Part shown: piece after piece, positions 1 through 13,932 of the stretch
Layout: the number at the start of each line of letters is the position of its first letter
Numbering within the stretch: position 1 is the first letter of the stretch
DNA from: Anaeramoeba ignava BMAN
Taxonomy: Eukaryota > Protista > Anaeramoebae
Direction of reading: 5' to 3'
Assembly (NCBI GenBank): GCA_028826165.1
Contig: JAPDFW010000078.1
Location: 186,001 to 250,000, forward strand
DNA length: 64,000 bases
The notes under the pieces: model-generated
Seen by the model: only the letters and a program-made list of their open reading frames with translations
The model's database searches: none
What the model was told of the DNA's origin: nothing
Translations under genes and position numbers: made by a program

Positions 1-21
1 TTTTTTTAATTAATATTAAAT

Positions 22-662
22 ATGATCAAAGCAGTTATAGTTGTTAATAATCATGGAAAACCTCGATTTATAAAATTTTATGATGAAATTCCAGAAGAAA
101 AAAGAATTAAATTAGTGAAAGAAGTATTTCAAAAAATAACTCAAAGAGGTGATGTTTTATGTAATTTTTTAGATGGAAGTAAGTTAATAAATAATTTATT
201 ATTGATTATTTTTTTATTTAAAAAAAAAAAAGGAGAAAAAAAAATTAAAAGGAGAAAATTTTTTATGAATCAAAAAAATACACAAAACAAAAACAATAAC
301 TAGCACATGTGTCCACAGAAATCGCGGATTGGAGTTCAGATATCAAATTTGTTTATCGACACTTTGCAACACTTTATTTTATTTTTGTTATTGATTCATC
401 AGAAAGTGAACTTGGAACTTTAGATTTAATACAAGTTTTTGTTGAGGCACTTGATCAAGCATTCGAAAATATATGCGAACTAGATATTATCTTTCATCCT
501 GATCGAGTTTTGTATATTTTAGACCAAATGATTATGGGCGGGCTTGTTTTCGAAACTGATATTAAACAAATCGTTTTTATTTCAGAGGAATGTGATAGAC
601 TTGCTGATGAAGCAAAGATTAAAGGGCAGGGAAGGGATAAAGATCCTTCTTTCAGGAAATAA
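22..662 (+). CDS. AP3S: AP-3 adaptor complex sigma subunit (exons 22-178, 304-662)
   Basis: MIKAVIVVNNHGKPRFIKFY...CNFLDG spliced across GTAAGT...TAG intron 179-303, in frame with YRHFATLYF...SESELGTLDLIQVFVEALD...CELDIIFH, the sigma-3 signature. Confidence 0.93.
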
Positions 663-965
663 GAATTAGAAGTTAAAATTTCCATTCAAAAATTTAATTG
701 AAAAACTTTTTTAATTTTTGAAACATTTTTTAAACATTTTTTAAACATTTTTTAAACATTTTTTAAATTAAATTTTTAGAGAAGAAATTTTGAATTTAAA
801 AAGAATTTAAAATTTAGAAATAATTTAAAATTTAGAAATACTTTAAAATTTAGAAATAATTTAAATAAAGAAAAATAATTTAAATAAAGAAAAAGAATTG
901 AAAAATTTTTTTAATTTAAAAAAAAGTGAAAAAAATTATTCGCTAAAAAAAATGTCAAAAAAAAA

Positions 966-1927
966 TTAGCAAATTGAACCATGATTTGAATAAAATAAAG
1001 ATTCAACATAATAACGGAAATTAATAGATCGACAAAATAAAGTACCAGTTGGACAACTAAAAGAATCACTGTTAACATTATTAGCGATATTAAACAAATC
1101 AAAAGCAGCATTAATACCCCAAGCAAATTCCTTCTTAACATCATTAAGAGTTGCATCAAAATTCCCACGAGAACAATAATCTTCTTGAATCATATTAGTT
1201 TTATAATAAGGGATTTCTTTTGTGAGATTTTGAACATAAACTGGAAATTCAATTGAGGCTTGTGTTGTTACGTTTAAAAGTGTTGTTGAATCCCATTCTG
1301 AACCTCCCCACCAAAATGAAAGTGTTTGATAGTAACTTTGTGATACTGCTACTACAAAGTTAATTAATCCATTTGGGATATTTGGTAATGTTATTATTTC
1401 TGGTAATTGTATTGCAAGTTCATATGTATCAATATCAATTGTTGAATTTGTAAATCCTGTTGAAAAACTAAATGGATGAGCGGAAACACTTTCAACTTAA
1501 ATTTAAATTTTAAATTCAATTTTAATTTTAATTTTAAATTCAAAATAAATTTTAATTTTAATTTTAAATTCAAAATAAATTTTAATTTCATTCAAAATAA
1601 ATTTTAATTACTCGCCATTCTTGCTAAACATCCTAAAGTAAAAGAAGTTGAATTGAAATCTTGAGTAATATATTGAGGATGAGCTTTAGCAAAATCAAAC
1701 ATAAATAAACCAAAATCTGTATCAGTTCCAAAAAGATAACCAAAAAAAGAACCAAGAAGAAAAGATTTTTGATTTATTGTTTGAGTGCAATTAACCCAAT
1801 CATTCTTAAATGGAAAATCTTGGTTCATTTTTGCAAGAATTTCACAACCAAGAGTTAAATGAGTATAATTTCCAAAACAAGAAACAAAACTAATAAAACC
1901 AATTAAAAAAATTAATTCAATTTTCAT
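966..1927 (-). CDS. Secreted hypothetical protein, possibly a degenerate Zn-dependent phospholipase C / GPI-PLD N-terminal-like fold (exons 1927-1612, 1495-966)
   Basis: Signal peptide MKIELIFLIGFISFVSC; GT-AG intron 1611-1496 joins two ORF pieces into one open frame; Cys-containing C-terminus; FGNYTH, FLLGSFF and LGCLARMAIE spacing recalls Zn_dep_PLC motifs. Confidence 0.7.
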
Positions 1928-2022
1928 TGAATAAAAAAATGAAAAAATTTTTTTTGTTTTTTGTTTTTTGTTTTTTGTTTATTTAATTTTTAATTTAAAA
2001 AAATTTGTTCTTTAATTTTTAA

Positions 2023-5000
2023 TTAATCAAGATAAGATTTTTCTTTATTTAAAGGTTTTTTGGCTGAATTTTCATTATCTAATTCAATCAATAAATCAGA
2101 ATCCTTTTTTATTTCTTCATCAATTCGAATGATTTGAATTAAATCTTGATCATCTTTTTTAATATTTGAATCAAAATCAATCAAATTTTGTTCATCATTC
2201 ATATTCTCATTAGGAGTTGAATCCAAATTGATTTGAAAAGAACTAAATTTTTCTTTAAGAGTATTAAGTTCTTTATCAAGTTCATTGATGTCTTGTTCTT
2301 GGTAATTTTGGAATTTCTGAATCAAATCAACATTTGGATCGTTTTTGAATTTTTCAAATTGAAAAGAAGGAAAATTAATTTGATTTTTTTTTGTCAAGTA
2401 TTCTTCGACCTTCAATGAATTTTCGTAGTTTGGGAATAGATTCAAATAGTCTTCAGGTGAAGCAATTGTTTCCGAGACTTTTTCGCTGTTGTTTTTCTTG
2501 AGATATTGTTTCCAAAGTTGAACAATTTGTGGAACTTTGCTTGGCAAATAACTGCGTGCCATGAAAGCTGCTTCAGGAATCCGTTGGCATTTACACAGTA
2601 AATCAATGCATTTCTCTATCTCTCCCATCATGAAAAGGCATGTGAATGCGATGTTTTCTTGTCCTTTCCGTTGCGCTACTTCTGCTACTTTTTTTATTCC
2701 TCTTTTGTCGCTTATTGATGAATAATAGAGCATTAATCCACTTAAATCGTTTATTTTCCACATACATTTTTCTGCAACTTCAAAATTTGATTCTGGAAGT
2801 GATAATTCGATTAATTGTTTCCATTTTAGAACCGTTGGAACTTTTTCAGCGATTTCAACTGCTTTTTGGATGTCTTTTAGTTTAAGAGCTTTTGATTTTA
2901 AATTTCAAAATGAATTTTAAATTTCAAAATGAATTTAAATTTTAATTTTAAATTTTAAATTGAATTTTAATTTTAATTTTAAAATGAATTTTGATTTTAA
3001 ATTGAATTTTGATTTTAAATTGAATTTTGATTTTAAATTGAATTTTGATTTTAAATTTCGAAATGAATTTTAATTTTAATTTCAAAATGAATTTTAATTT
3101 TAATTTCAAATTGAATTTTAATTTCAAATTGAATTTTAATTTCAAATTTTAAAATGAATTTTAATTTTTAAATTTTATACCTAGTTCAAATTTATGCTCA
3201 AAATCAGTAGTAATTCCCAAAGCCTTTTCATACATCCCCAAAGAATCTAAAAATCTTGCTATTCTAATACAACTTTGAGGAGAAGCTCGAGGAAGAATTT
3301 TATCAGCAATATCAAAATCATTATGAAGAATAGCAGTTTGATAATCAATTTCCGCAAGTGAAACAGAATAAGAATAAATATTTGAGTCTTTATCAGCAAG
3401 AAAAGCTCTCTCCAAACGGGGAAGATAACCGAGAAGATATAAATCCAAATCGAAATGCGCAATAGTTGTAATTTGATCCTGAATGCAATATGATAATTTC
3501 CTGTCGGAAGTATTGAATAAAAAACAATCACCGATCCAAGTCCCAGATACAACTTTCTGAGTGATCTGGGAAACTAAAGTAAACGCAGCCTCAATTCCAT
3601 CTTCCTGTTCCACTTCCTGTGTCTCAAGAACCGCGTTTACAACTTGCTTGTCATAGTTTAAAATAAAGAAAGAATCATTAGTTGTTATTGCAAGCATATC
3701 GCCAGTGTCTGACCAATAAATCTCCTTCGGTACAACCTCAATGCGCTGTATAAACCGGCACATGTCCCAGTCATAAAAACAGATGAAATCATCTATAGAT
3801 TTGACTGCCAATAAAGTCCCGCCAAATATCTTCTTAATGTTCGAAAACGGCGAGAATTTTCTTTGTTCCTGAAAATTATTATACATCGTAATTATCGCCT
3901 TATTCTCCAAAACGGCGTAATTGTTTGTTTCTTGGCACCACACAAATTGCGTGCCACTACCAAATGCTTTGTTTCGCCATGCAAGAGCTGTGTATATTGT
4001 AAACTCCCCGTTGCCTACAACGGAGACAAATCTTCCGTTCGGTGAATGCTTCAGTTTTTCCGGCACAACTTCGCAATTTCCTAATTCTTTGACAGCTAAC
4101 GAAAGTTTTTCGCCATCTGCAAATGTCATTTGTTCGGATTGTCCCGATTTTACATTTGACATTTTGATTTCGGTTTGTTTTGCCCAGACGATTTTGCCGC
4201 TATTTTCAAGGGAGATTGAAGGGACTTCCTTACCCATTTTGACAACAGAAAAACCAAAGTCAAAACCAATTGCAATTTTAGAATTTTGCTTTTTTGTTGA
4301 CAGGGTCCAGCACCTGTCCATGGAGTAAGAGAGGGACGATTCTGGACGGAAGTTCTGTGAGTTCCATATCCTAACTGAACCATCCTCTGAGCCTGATATG
4401 ATTAATGGGAGAGAAGGATGACAAATAACTGAAGTGATACTTGCAAAGTGACCTTCTATGACATGAATGCAGGTCTTCATCTGGAAGTCCCATATGCAGA
4501 TTGTCTGGTCGTCTGATCCCGACACGATGAATGGGCGATCTTCCCAAAGACTGAATGCCACTGTGTTCACTCCCCGATGATGTGCGTCGAGTGTGAAGCG
4601 TGCAACTGGTGATTCTATCCCCCAAAATTTTACTGTTCGATCAAGTGATCCACTTGCAAATGTTGTTGGATCTCGTGGATTCCATTCTACGCTCATTACG
4701 TAGTGTGAATGTCCTTCAAATGTTTGTTTGCAAACCCAGTCTTCTGACCAATCCCATAGTTTGATTTTGAAATCGTCTGAGCATGATAGTAAATATGGTA
4801 ATGTTGGATGAACTGCAAGATTTCTTTAATATTAATTTTAATTTTAAATTTCAAAATGAATTTCAAAATGAATTCCAAAATGAATTTTAATTTTAATTTA
4901 TAAATGAATTTTAATTTCAAAATGAATTTTAATTTCAAAATGAATTTTGATTTTAATTTTAATTTTGATTTCAATTTTAATTTTAATTTTAATTTATAAA

Positions 5001-6098
5001 TCAATTTATATTTATAAATCAATTTTAATTTTAATTTATAAATCAATTTTAATTTTAATTTATAAATCAATTTTAATTTTAATTTTAATTTTAATTTCAA
5101 AATGAATTTTGATTTTAATTTTAATTATTAACTTTTAATTTCAATTTTAATTTCAATTTTAATTTCAATTTTAATTTCAATTTTAATTTTAATTTTAATT
5201 TTAATTTTAATTTTAATTTTAATTTTAATTTTAATTTTAATTTTAATTTTAACTTTTAATTTTAATTTCAATTTTAATTTATATTTATAAATCAATTTTA
5301 ATTTTAATTTTGAATTTTAATTTTGATTTCAATTTAAATTTTAATTTTAATTTTAATTTTAATTTTAATTTTAATTTCAATTTTAATTTTAATTTTAATT
5401 TCAAATTTAATTTTAATTTTAATTTCAATTTCAATTTCAAAATGAATTTTAATTTTAATTTTGATTTTAATTTTAATTTTAATTTCAATTTTGAATTTAA
5501 TTTTGAATTTAATTTTAATTTTAATTTTAATTTTGATTTTAATTTTAATTTCAAAATGAATTTTAATTTTAATTTATATTTATAAATCAATTTTAATTTT
5601 AATTTTGAATTTTAATTTTGATTTCAATTTAAATTTTAATTTTAATTTTAATTTTAATTTTAATTTTAATTTAAATTTATATAAATCAATTTATAAAATT
5701 TTATATATATTTTAATAAATACCGAATATAATCAGGATGAGCTTCAAATTGTTTCACTTTTTCTAAAGTATTATAATTAAAAACCATAATTTTTCCATCA
5801 TCAGAACAAGCAACAAACCATTCTTTACGATCAATCCATTTCACAGAACGAATAGGACAATTTGTAGCTTCTATAGTTTGCTCAATTTTTTTTGACATAA
5901 AATTATATATGATAATTTTGCCTGTAAATAACCCCACTAATAAAAGCGGATATTTATCATGAACATCAACACTTTTCACTCTTTGTGTTGATTGTGTCGC
6001 TTTTTTTTTGATTTTTAATTTTGTATTCTATTGAAATAATTTATATTTTTTGTTATTTAATTTTTTGTTTTTTGTTGTTTTTTTTTTTTTAATACCAT
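2023..6098 (-). CDS. COPB2: Coatomer beta' subunit (exons 6098-6096, 6027-5723, 4823-3181, 2888-2023)
   Basis: RVKSVDVH, FEAHPDYIR, KLWDW..FEGHSHYVM, HSPNGRFV, YTALAWRNKAFG, EDGIEAAF, RIPEAAFMARSYLPS; all three introns GT-AG and in phase. Confidence 0.97.
4824..5722. repeat. Intronic (TTTTAA)n microsatellite in COPB2 intron 2; related tracts at 1497-1605, 2890-3180, 16110-16440, 46440-46815
   Basis: Direct reading; source of the LKLK and NFNF ORFs. Confidence 0.95.
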
Positions 6099-6210
6099 TT
6101 TTTTTTAAAAGAATAAAAGAATTTAATTATTATTTTTATGTTAAAGAAAAAAGAAAAAAATGAAAAAATTTTTTTTTTATTTTCATTTTTTTTCTTCATT
6201 TTTCTTTAAA

Positions 6211-8088
6211 ATGGAAGATTTAAAAATTTTAACTCATTTTATTAAAAGATGGAAAGGTATTTATTTAAATCTCCTTTTTAAATTTCCTTTTTTTAAATTT
6301 CCTTTTTAGAATTCCAATTCCAAAAACAAAAAACTCGTTTCGAATCAAATAAAACACAAATTCAAAAATTAAAAGAAAATTCCATAAATTCAAAATTCCA
6401 AAATATTTCTCAACAATTTTTATCTCTTTCAAACACAGAAAAAATCCAAAAAACAACACTATTCATTGAAGAAATAAAGGAATTACTCGATGAATTCGAA
6501 CAAAGAATATCATTTACAGAAAATTCTTTTTTAGATTTATTTATTTTTTTCTCTAATCTTCCAGACCCCGCCCCAATTATATCCCAATTTCTGGTATAAT
6601 ATTGCCAAAAATCCTTTTAATAAAAATACTTAAAAATAGCATTTCCAAGAAATAAATCTGAACCAAAATTGTTATTGGTTTATTTATTAAAGAAACAATT
6701 CAATTCAATTAAAAAAACAAAATTTTTTATAAACAAAAATCAAAAATTTATTAGCAAAATTACAACTCGAAAGAAAAAACCGAAAACTCACAAACCAAAA
6801 ACAAACCTCAAGAAAAACATTCAGGTACTCAATATATATAGTAATTATTGTCATTTTATCACAATTATTCACCAATTAATTTATCAAAAGATTCATTCAA
6901 AATTTTAAAGGCAAACAAAAAAATTAACGAACTTGAGAAAGAAGTCGCTGAATTGAAAAAACTGAATCAGCAAACCAACCCAGAAAAAGATATAAACCCT
7001 AATTTACAAGAAGAGAACCAATCTTTATTATCAAAAATCAACGAACTACAAAAGCAAAAAGAAGCAAAAGATCATGTTATTCAAGATCTTAAGCGCCAAA
7101 TTTCCTCCAAATTTAAAGCAAAATCATTGCATAAATTAAAGCCAAGTTTCTCTTTTCAACCCGGTCTCTCGTTATTAAATCAACTTCCAAATAAATCATT
7201 CGATATTTCAACAAAAAAACCCACAAAAGAAAAATCACTCAATTTGGATAATTATTCCCAAAATGAAAATCAATTAAATTTAATTTCTCAACAAATTCAA
7301 TCACTCGAAATTGAAAACTCCAAATTTCAATTAAAATTGATTTCAAAACAAAAAGAAATTGATAAAATTCTTGAGGAAAAAAATAATCTTTTGCAAGAAC
7401 TATCACAACTTTCCAAACAAAATAAAGAATTGGAATCAAAAGCAAATCAACAAGAAAAAATTCCTGTCATTTCAACAACAAAACAAAATGAAATCAAACA
7501 ATCTGATCAAAATTATAATTTTTTGGATCAATTTCCAAATGATCCTTTTCTTCCTCGAGAAAAAGACCAAATGTCCCCAAAAAAGGTGCAAAAACTACAG
7601 GAAATTGTTCAAAATCTTCTTTCTGAAAACAAAAAATTTCGGAATGAAAACGAAACAATTAAAAAGGAAAATCTCCAAATTAAAGAAGAGATTTTTAATT
7701 TAAATGAGCAAGTTCGTTTACTTCAACGTTTCAAGGAAATTCGTTCTCAAATTGAAGATTCTGGAGTAATCCCTTATTCAAATGATATTGTACTTCAGAA
7801 TAGAGATTTTGAATTTGGAAATAATTCAGTTTCTAATTTTTCAAATTTGAATGTAAATTTTTTAAATTTTTTAATTTTTTAATTTTAATTTTTATTTTTT
7901 AATTTTAAAAAATTAAAAAGCATTTGGATATTAAATCTCAACAAAATCGAGATTCTCTTAATTTTATAGATAGAACTACTTTGAAAATTTGTCAAATTGG
8001 ATTATCAAATCAATTTTCTAGATCATTTTTATTTTTTTATATAGTTATTATTCATCTTCTTATTTTTTATCTTTTTCTTTTTTGTTAA
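6211..8088 (+). CDS. CASP: CASP/Coy1-like golgin (coiled coil with C-terminal tail anchor); internal exon structure at 6594-6910 ambiguous
   Basis: Exons 6211-6256 and 6310-6593 give RWKEF...RISFTENSFLDLFIFFSNLPDPAP, resembling the CUX1/CASP N-terminus; coiled-coil ORF to 7852; last exon 7921-8088 LNFIDRTTLKICQIGLSNQFSRSFLFFYIVIIHLLIF matches the CASP TM segment with its conserved Y and H. Confidence 0.82.
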
Positions 8089-8234
8089 AAAATTAAAAAT
8101 AAAAAAGTGGAACAAAAAGAAAAAATATTTTTTTTTTTCTTTATTTCAGAAAAGAAAGTCAAAGAAAGTAAAAGAAAGTCAAAGAAAAAGTAAAAGAAAA
8201 AGAAGATGAACATCACATGATCAAAAATTGGAAA

Positions 8235-11200
8235 TTAAACTTGAAATTTTCGAGGTTCAGAATCAGGAGTTCCAAAAGAAAATCTTGGTTGATTATCATT
8301 TTCAATTATATCAGGCATAATAGAATCATCTTCACTATCTTCATTTGTGAAAAATCTTTGTATAATTTCTAGTGATTTCAAATAAATATCTTCGTTATTA
8401 TGAGTGAATAAATTATTGATGTGATTTAGTCCATCTGATTCTTCAATTATTGTTGCGTATCTATTAATATCATTTCCGAATTTTTCTCCTGCTTCTAAAA
8501 CTGCAAGTAGTGCATCAAGAACTAAAATGATAATATCTGTATCATTAATTTCCAATAAATTGCAAAGTGATTTAATTGCTCCATTTTGAACCAAAAAGCT
8601 AAATTTGATTTTGAATTTTTTGAATATTTTAAATTAAATATTTTAAATTGAATATTTTAAATTGAATATTTTAAATTAAATTGAATATTTTAAATTAATT
8701 TAAATATTTTAAATTAAGTATTTTAAATTAAACATTTTAAATTTTAAATTGAATATTTTAAATTAAATATTTTAAATTGAATATTTTAAATTAAATTGAA
8801 TATTTTAAATTAAATATTTTAAATTTTAAATTAAATTAAATATTTTAAATTGAATATTTTGAATTAAATTAAATATTTTAAATTAAATATTTTAAATTAA
8901 ATATTTTAAATTGAATTAAATTGAATATTTTAAATTAAATTAAATATTTTAGAATACTCTATATTTTCAACATTTCCATATGTGATAATATTTGATAAAA
9001 CCCAAGCAGCTTCTTGTCTCATTTGAAAATCACTTGAATTCATAAGTGATAATAATCTTGGAATTATTTCTGTTGATTTAAGTATTGCTAACATTTGATT
9101 TGGTGCAAATTCTGCTGTATAAGAAAGAAACCAACATATTTCTTTTTGAATTTGAGATTTTGGAACAAGAAGAAGATTTGAAAGTATATGAAGAAGATTT
9201 AATTGAATTAAAGCATGAGATTGGTCTATTGACCCTACAAAAATATATCCAACTGCTTTAATTGCTGGAATAATTATTTTTGGTTGATCAGATCTAATTT
9301 TTTATTTTATTAAATTTTATTAAATTTTCTTTTTGATTTTTCATTTATTCATAAATAAATATTTTTACGAGAATAAAGAGATCAATTTAGGATTAACTTG
9401 TGAAAAAAAATCTTGTGAAAGATATTTAAATAATCGATGAACTAAATAAGAAATTCCCCAACAAGCATCAGAAATTACTTCTTTATCATTATTTGAAAGT
9501 AATTGTATAAGATAAGGAATTGCATTTTGAATCTATTTTGAATAATAATTTAAATCAAAATTAAATTAAAATTAAATCAAAATTAAATCAAAATTAAATC
9601 AAAATTAAATTAAAATCAAATCAAAATTAAATCAAAACAAATCAAATTTAAATTAAAATTAAATCAAAATTAAATCAAAATTAAATTCAAATCAAAATTA
9701 AATCAAATTTAAATTAAATCAAAATTAAATTAAATTTAAATTAAATCTAAATCTAAATTAAATCAAAATTAAATCAAATTAAAATCAAATCAAAATTAAA
9801 TTTAAATCAAATTTAAATTAAATCAAAATTAAATCAAATCAAAATCAAATCAAAATCAAATCAAAATCAAATCAAATTTAAATCAAAACAAATCAATTTT
9901 AAATTAAATCAAAATTAAATCAAATTTAAATCAAATTTAAATCAAATCAAATTTAAATTTAAATTAAATCAAAATTAAATTAAATTAAATCAAATTCAAA
10001 TCAAAATTAAATCAAATTCAAATTAAATCAAAATTAAATCAAATTTAAATTAAATTTAAATTAAATCAAAATTAAATCAAATTAAATCAAATCAAAATTA
10101 AATTAAAATTAAATTAAATCAAAATTAAATTAAATTTAAATCAAAATTAAATCAAATTCAAATCAAAATTAAATCAAATTTAAATCAAATTTAAATCAAA
10201 TCAAATTTAAATTAAAATTAAATTAAATTTAAATCAAAATTAAATCAAAATTAAATCAAATTAAATCAAATTTAAATTTAAATCAAAATTAAATCAAATT
10301 CAAATTAAATCTAAATCTAAATTAAATTTAAATCAAATCAAATCAAAATCAAATCAAAATCAAATCAAAATCAAATCAAAATTAAATCAAAATTAAATCA
10401 AATTTAAATCAAAACAAATCAAATTCAAATTAAATCAAATTCAAATTAAATCAAATCAAATCTAATTTTCAAAAAGAAAATGTAAAATTACTTCAGAAAA
10501 TTGTGGAGGAGGTCTTCCACGAAAAAAATTTGTAATAGTCCATGTTACATTTTGAAAAATTCCTGAATTTTTTGTGTTAGTTAAAACATCGATTAAAATG
10601 TTTAATGTATTTTGTTTAAGAAGAATATCTCGATATTTTGCTCTATCAGCTGCAAGATTTCCTATTGCCCAAATAGCTTGTTCTACTACTTCTTCATTTT
10701 GTGATTTCAAAAGATCAACAAGAAGAGGTATTGAATTTTGTTTTACAACCATTTTGGCATGCTTAGAACCATCAGCAATAATATTTGTAATAATCCAAGC
10801 TGATTCAAACTATTTTATATTTGAGTTTTGTAAATTGATTTATAAATTGATTTGTAATTTATTTATAAATTGATTTGTAATTTATTTATAAATTGATTTG
10901 TAATTTATTTGTAAATTGTTTATAAATTGTTTTATAAATTGTTTTATAAATTGATTTGTAAATTGATTTGTAATTTGATTTGTAAATTGATTTATAAATT
11001 GATTTGTAATTTATTTATAAATTGATTTGTAAATTGTTTATAGTTTATAAATTGTTTTATTGTTTTATAAATTGATTTGTAAATTGATTTGTAAATTGAT
11101 TTGTAAATTGTTTGCAAATTTATTTATAAATTTATTTGTAATTTATTTATAATTTGTTTATAAATTTATTTATAATTTGTTTATAAATTTATTTATAATT

Positions 11201-12475
11201 TGTTTATAAATTTATTTATAATTTGTTTATAAATTTATTTATAATTTGTTTATATAAATTTATTTATAATTTGTTTAAAAATTTTATTTATAATTTGTTT
11301 ATAAATTTATTTTAATTTGTTTTATAAATTGATTGTTAAATTTATTTATAAATTGATTTATAGTTTATTTATAATTTATTTATAAATTTATTTATAGTTT
11401 TGTAAATTGTTTTGTAAATTTATTTGTAAATTGATTTATAAATTGATTTGTAAATTGATTTATAAATTTATTTGTAAATTGATTTGTAAATTGATTTGTA
11501 ATTTATTTATAATTTATTTATAAATTTATTTATAATTTATTTATAAATTGATTTGTAATTTATTTATAAATTTATTTATAATTTGTTTATAAATTTATTT
11601 ATAATTTGTTTATAAATTTGTTTATAATTTGATTTATAGTTTGTTTATAAATTTATTTTTAAATTGATTTGTAAATTTATTTTTAAATTGATTTGTAAAT
11701 TGATTTGTAAATTTATTTTTAAATTGATTTGTAAATTGATTTGTAAATTGATTTGTAAATTGATTTGTAAATTGATTTGTAAATTTATTTGTAAATTTAT
11801 TTATAATTTTATTTATAATTTATTTATAAATTGTTTGTAAATAGTTTTGTAAATTGTTTTGTAAATTGATTTGTAAATTGATTTATAGTTTTATAAATTG
11901 TTTTATAAATTGTTTTGTAATTTATAAATTGTTTTATAGTTTTATAGTTTCATAAATAGTTTCATAAATTGGTTGTAAATTGATTTAAAAATTAAAAGAA
12001 GATTTCCAACCTGTAATTTTGGATGTTTAAAATCTCTTAAAAAAGGGACAATAAGAGATAAAGCACCAGTTTCAACGACTTCAGTAATAGGAGGGTTTTT
12101 CTCAACAGAAACAAGTTTACGAATTTGAGAAAGAGAATATCTTTTATCAGATTTAGAAGTACTACTTAAACCAATAACAAAATCAGGAAGTTCTTTTAAC
12201 TAAAAAAAGAGATTTTATAAATTTGAAAGAAAAATTTTTTTTTTTAAATGGAAAAAATTTCTTCTTTTTACTCGTTGCTTAATATATAAATCATAATTGT
12301 CTATTGTATTATCTGGTGATGTTATTGCAATATTTCTTTTTTTCATTAATTGTTCTTCTTTCTTTTTTCTTCCAATATTAATAGAAGTTTCATATCTTTT
12401 TCGTCTTGATTCAGTAGGATCAATTCTTTTTTTAAAACTTGAACGACGATTTGAAATTCGTGCAAGAAAACTCAT
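8235..12475 (-). CDS. KPNA: Importin alpha, divergent (exons 12475-12272, 12199-12011, 10809-10492, 9532-9369, 9293-8958, 8598-8235)
   Basis: IBB domain (ESRRKR...LMKKRN), NPPITEVV, LQFESAWIITNI, EQAIWAIGNLAAD, FRGRPPP, EAAWVLSNI, acidic C-terminus ending in an FxF motif. Confidence 0.93.
8600..12000. repeat. Three different intronic satellites in importin alpha: ~14-mer at 8600-8950, 11-mer AAATCAAAATT at 9545-10465, 12-mer AAATTGATTTGT/AAATTTATTTAT at 10830-11990
   Basis: Direct reading; each tract is bounded by GT-AG. Confidence 0.93.
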
Positions 12476-12838
12476 ATTTTAAATATTCAATACAGAAAAA
12501 AATAAAAGTCAAATTAAATATAAATAAAAATAAAAATAGAAATTATTTAACGAATTAAAATAAATTTTTTTTTTTATTTAAATAATGTTTTTTTTTATTT
12601 AATTAAATAGGGAAAAATAATTTTTATTTTCTCCTTTTTTTTTTTTAGATTATTAATAATTATTTTATTTTAATAATAATTTTTTTTTTCTTTTTTATTT
12701 TTTTTTTATTTAAAGTTGGATTTTTTTTTCATTTTTTTTTTTCATTTTTCTTCTTTCTTTTTTTTTTCTTCAATACAAAAAAAAATTTATAAAAAAAAAA
12801 AATTTAAAGAAATAATAATAAATAAATAAATAAAAACA

Positions 12839-13687
12839 ATGGAAAATTACGAACAAAGTTTTAATTATGAAAACTGTTTACGAAACGAAGAACTAACAAA
12901 ACAAGGATATGAAAAGAAAAAGCAGCGCAAAACAGGAACAACGATAGCGGGGATAATCTTCAAAGACGGAGTAGTGCTTGGGGCGGATACACGGGCGACT
13001 GAGGGGTATATAGTTGCAGATGGTAATTGTGAGAAGATCCATCGAATTTCTGATTACATATATTGCTGTGGAGCTGGCACGTCTGCAGACACAGAGAACA
13101 CAACAGCACTCATCAGCTCTAAACTTGAATTGATGAGACTGACCACAGGAAGAGAACCCCGTGTCCAGAACGCCCTGACCCTCCTCAAGCAGTACTTGTA
13201 CCACTATCACGGTTACGTCTCAGCTGCGTTAGTTCTCGGTGGTGTTGACTTCAAAGGTCCTCATCTCCATATGATTCATCCACACGGCAGCACTTCGACT
13301 CTCCCGTTCCTTACTATGGGCTCAGGTTCTCTTGCTGCAATGGCTGTTTTCGAGGCTGAATATAAAACTGATTTGGATGAAGAATCCGCAAAAAATTTGG
13401 TTCATAAAGCTATTACTGCCGGAATTTTTAATGACTTGGGTTCCGGCGGAAATGTTGATTTGTGCGTTATGAAATTCCAAAATACTCAGTTCTTTAGAAA
13501 TTTTGATAAGCCTAATAAAAGGAAATTCTCGAGAATTAATGCTTATAGATTCCCTAAAGGAACTACTCAATTTCTTGAAGAAAAAGTCACTTTATTGAGA
13601 AAAAATCTTGTTATTGAAAATCTTGATAAAAATAACAACAATAATGATAATGATAATAATGATAATAATGATAATAATGATCTCTAA
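12839..13687 (+). CDS. PSMB7: 20S proteasome subunit beta-2 (trypsin-like), intronless
   Basis: Propeptide then [58 protein letters not shown]. Confidence 0.97.
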   Translation: MENYEQSFNYENCLRNEELTKQGYEKKKQRKTGTTIAGIIFKDGVVLGADTRATEGYIVADGNCEKIHRISDYIYCCGAGTSADTENTTALISSKLELMRLTTGREPRVQNALTLLKQYLYHYHGYVSAALVLGGVDFKGPHLHMIHPHGSTSTLPFLTMGSGSLAAMAVFEAEYKTDLDEESAKNLVHKAITAGIFNDLGSGGNVDLCVMKFQNTQFFRNFDKPNKRKFSRINAYRFPKGTTQFLEEKVTLLRKNLVIENLDKNNNNNDNDNNDNNDNNDL

Positions 13688-13932
13688 AGCTTTTAATTCA
13701 AATCAAAACCAAATCAATTCAAATTCAAATTCAAATTCAAATTCAAATTCATTTTTTTTCTTTTAAAAAAAAAAGATTGAATTTTCCAATTTTTTTTTTC
13801 AATTCAAAATACAATTCAAAAAAATAAAAAAATAAATCAAAAAAAAAAACTTTATTCTATTTGTTTTTTAAATCAAAAATACAATTTTGTATTTTCTTTT
13901 TCTTTTTTAATTTTGATTTTTTGATTTAAGTA

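Noticed and set aside
3863-4328. Antisense and alternative-frame ORFs over real exons (also 12893-13570, 32376-32955, 49494-50219, 57151-57594)
   Set aside because: Shadows of the coding strand with no independent motifs
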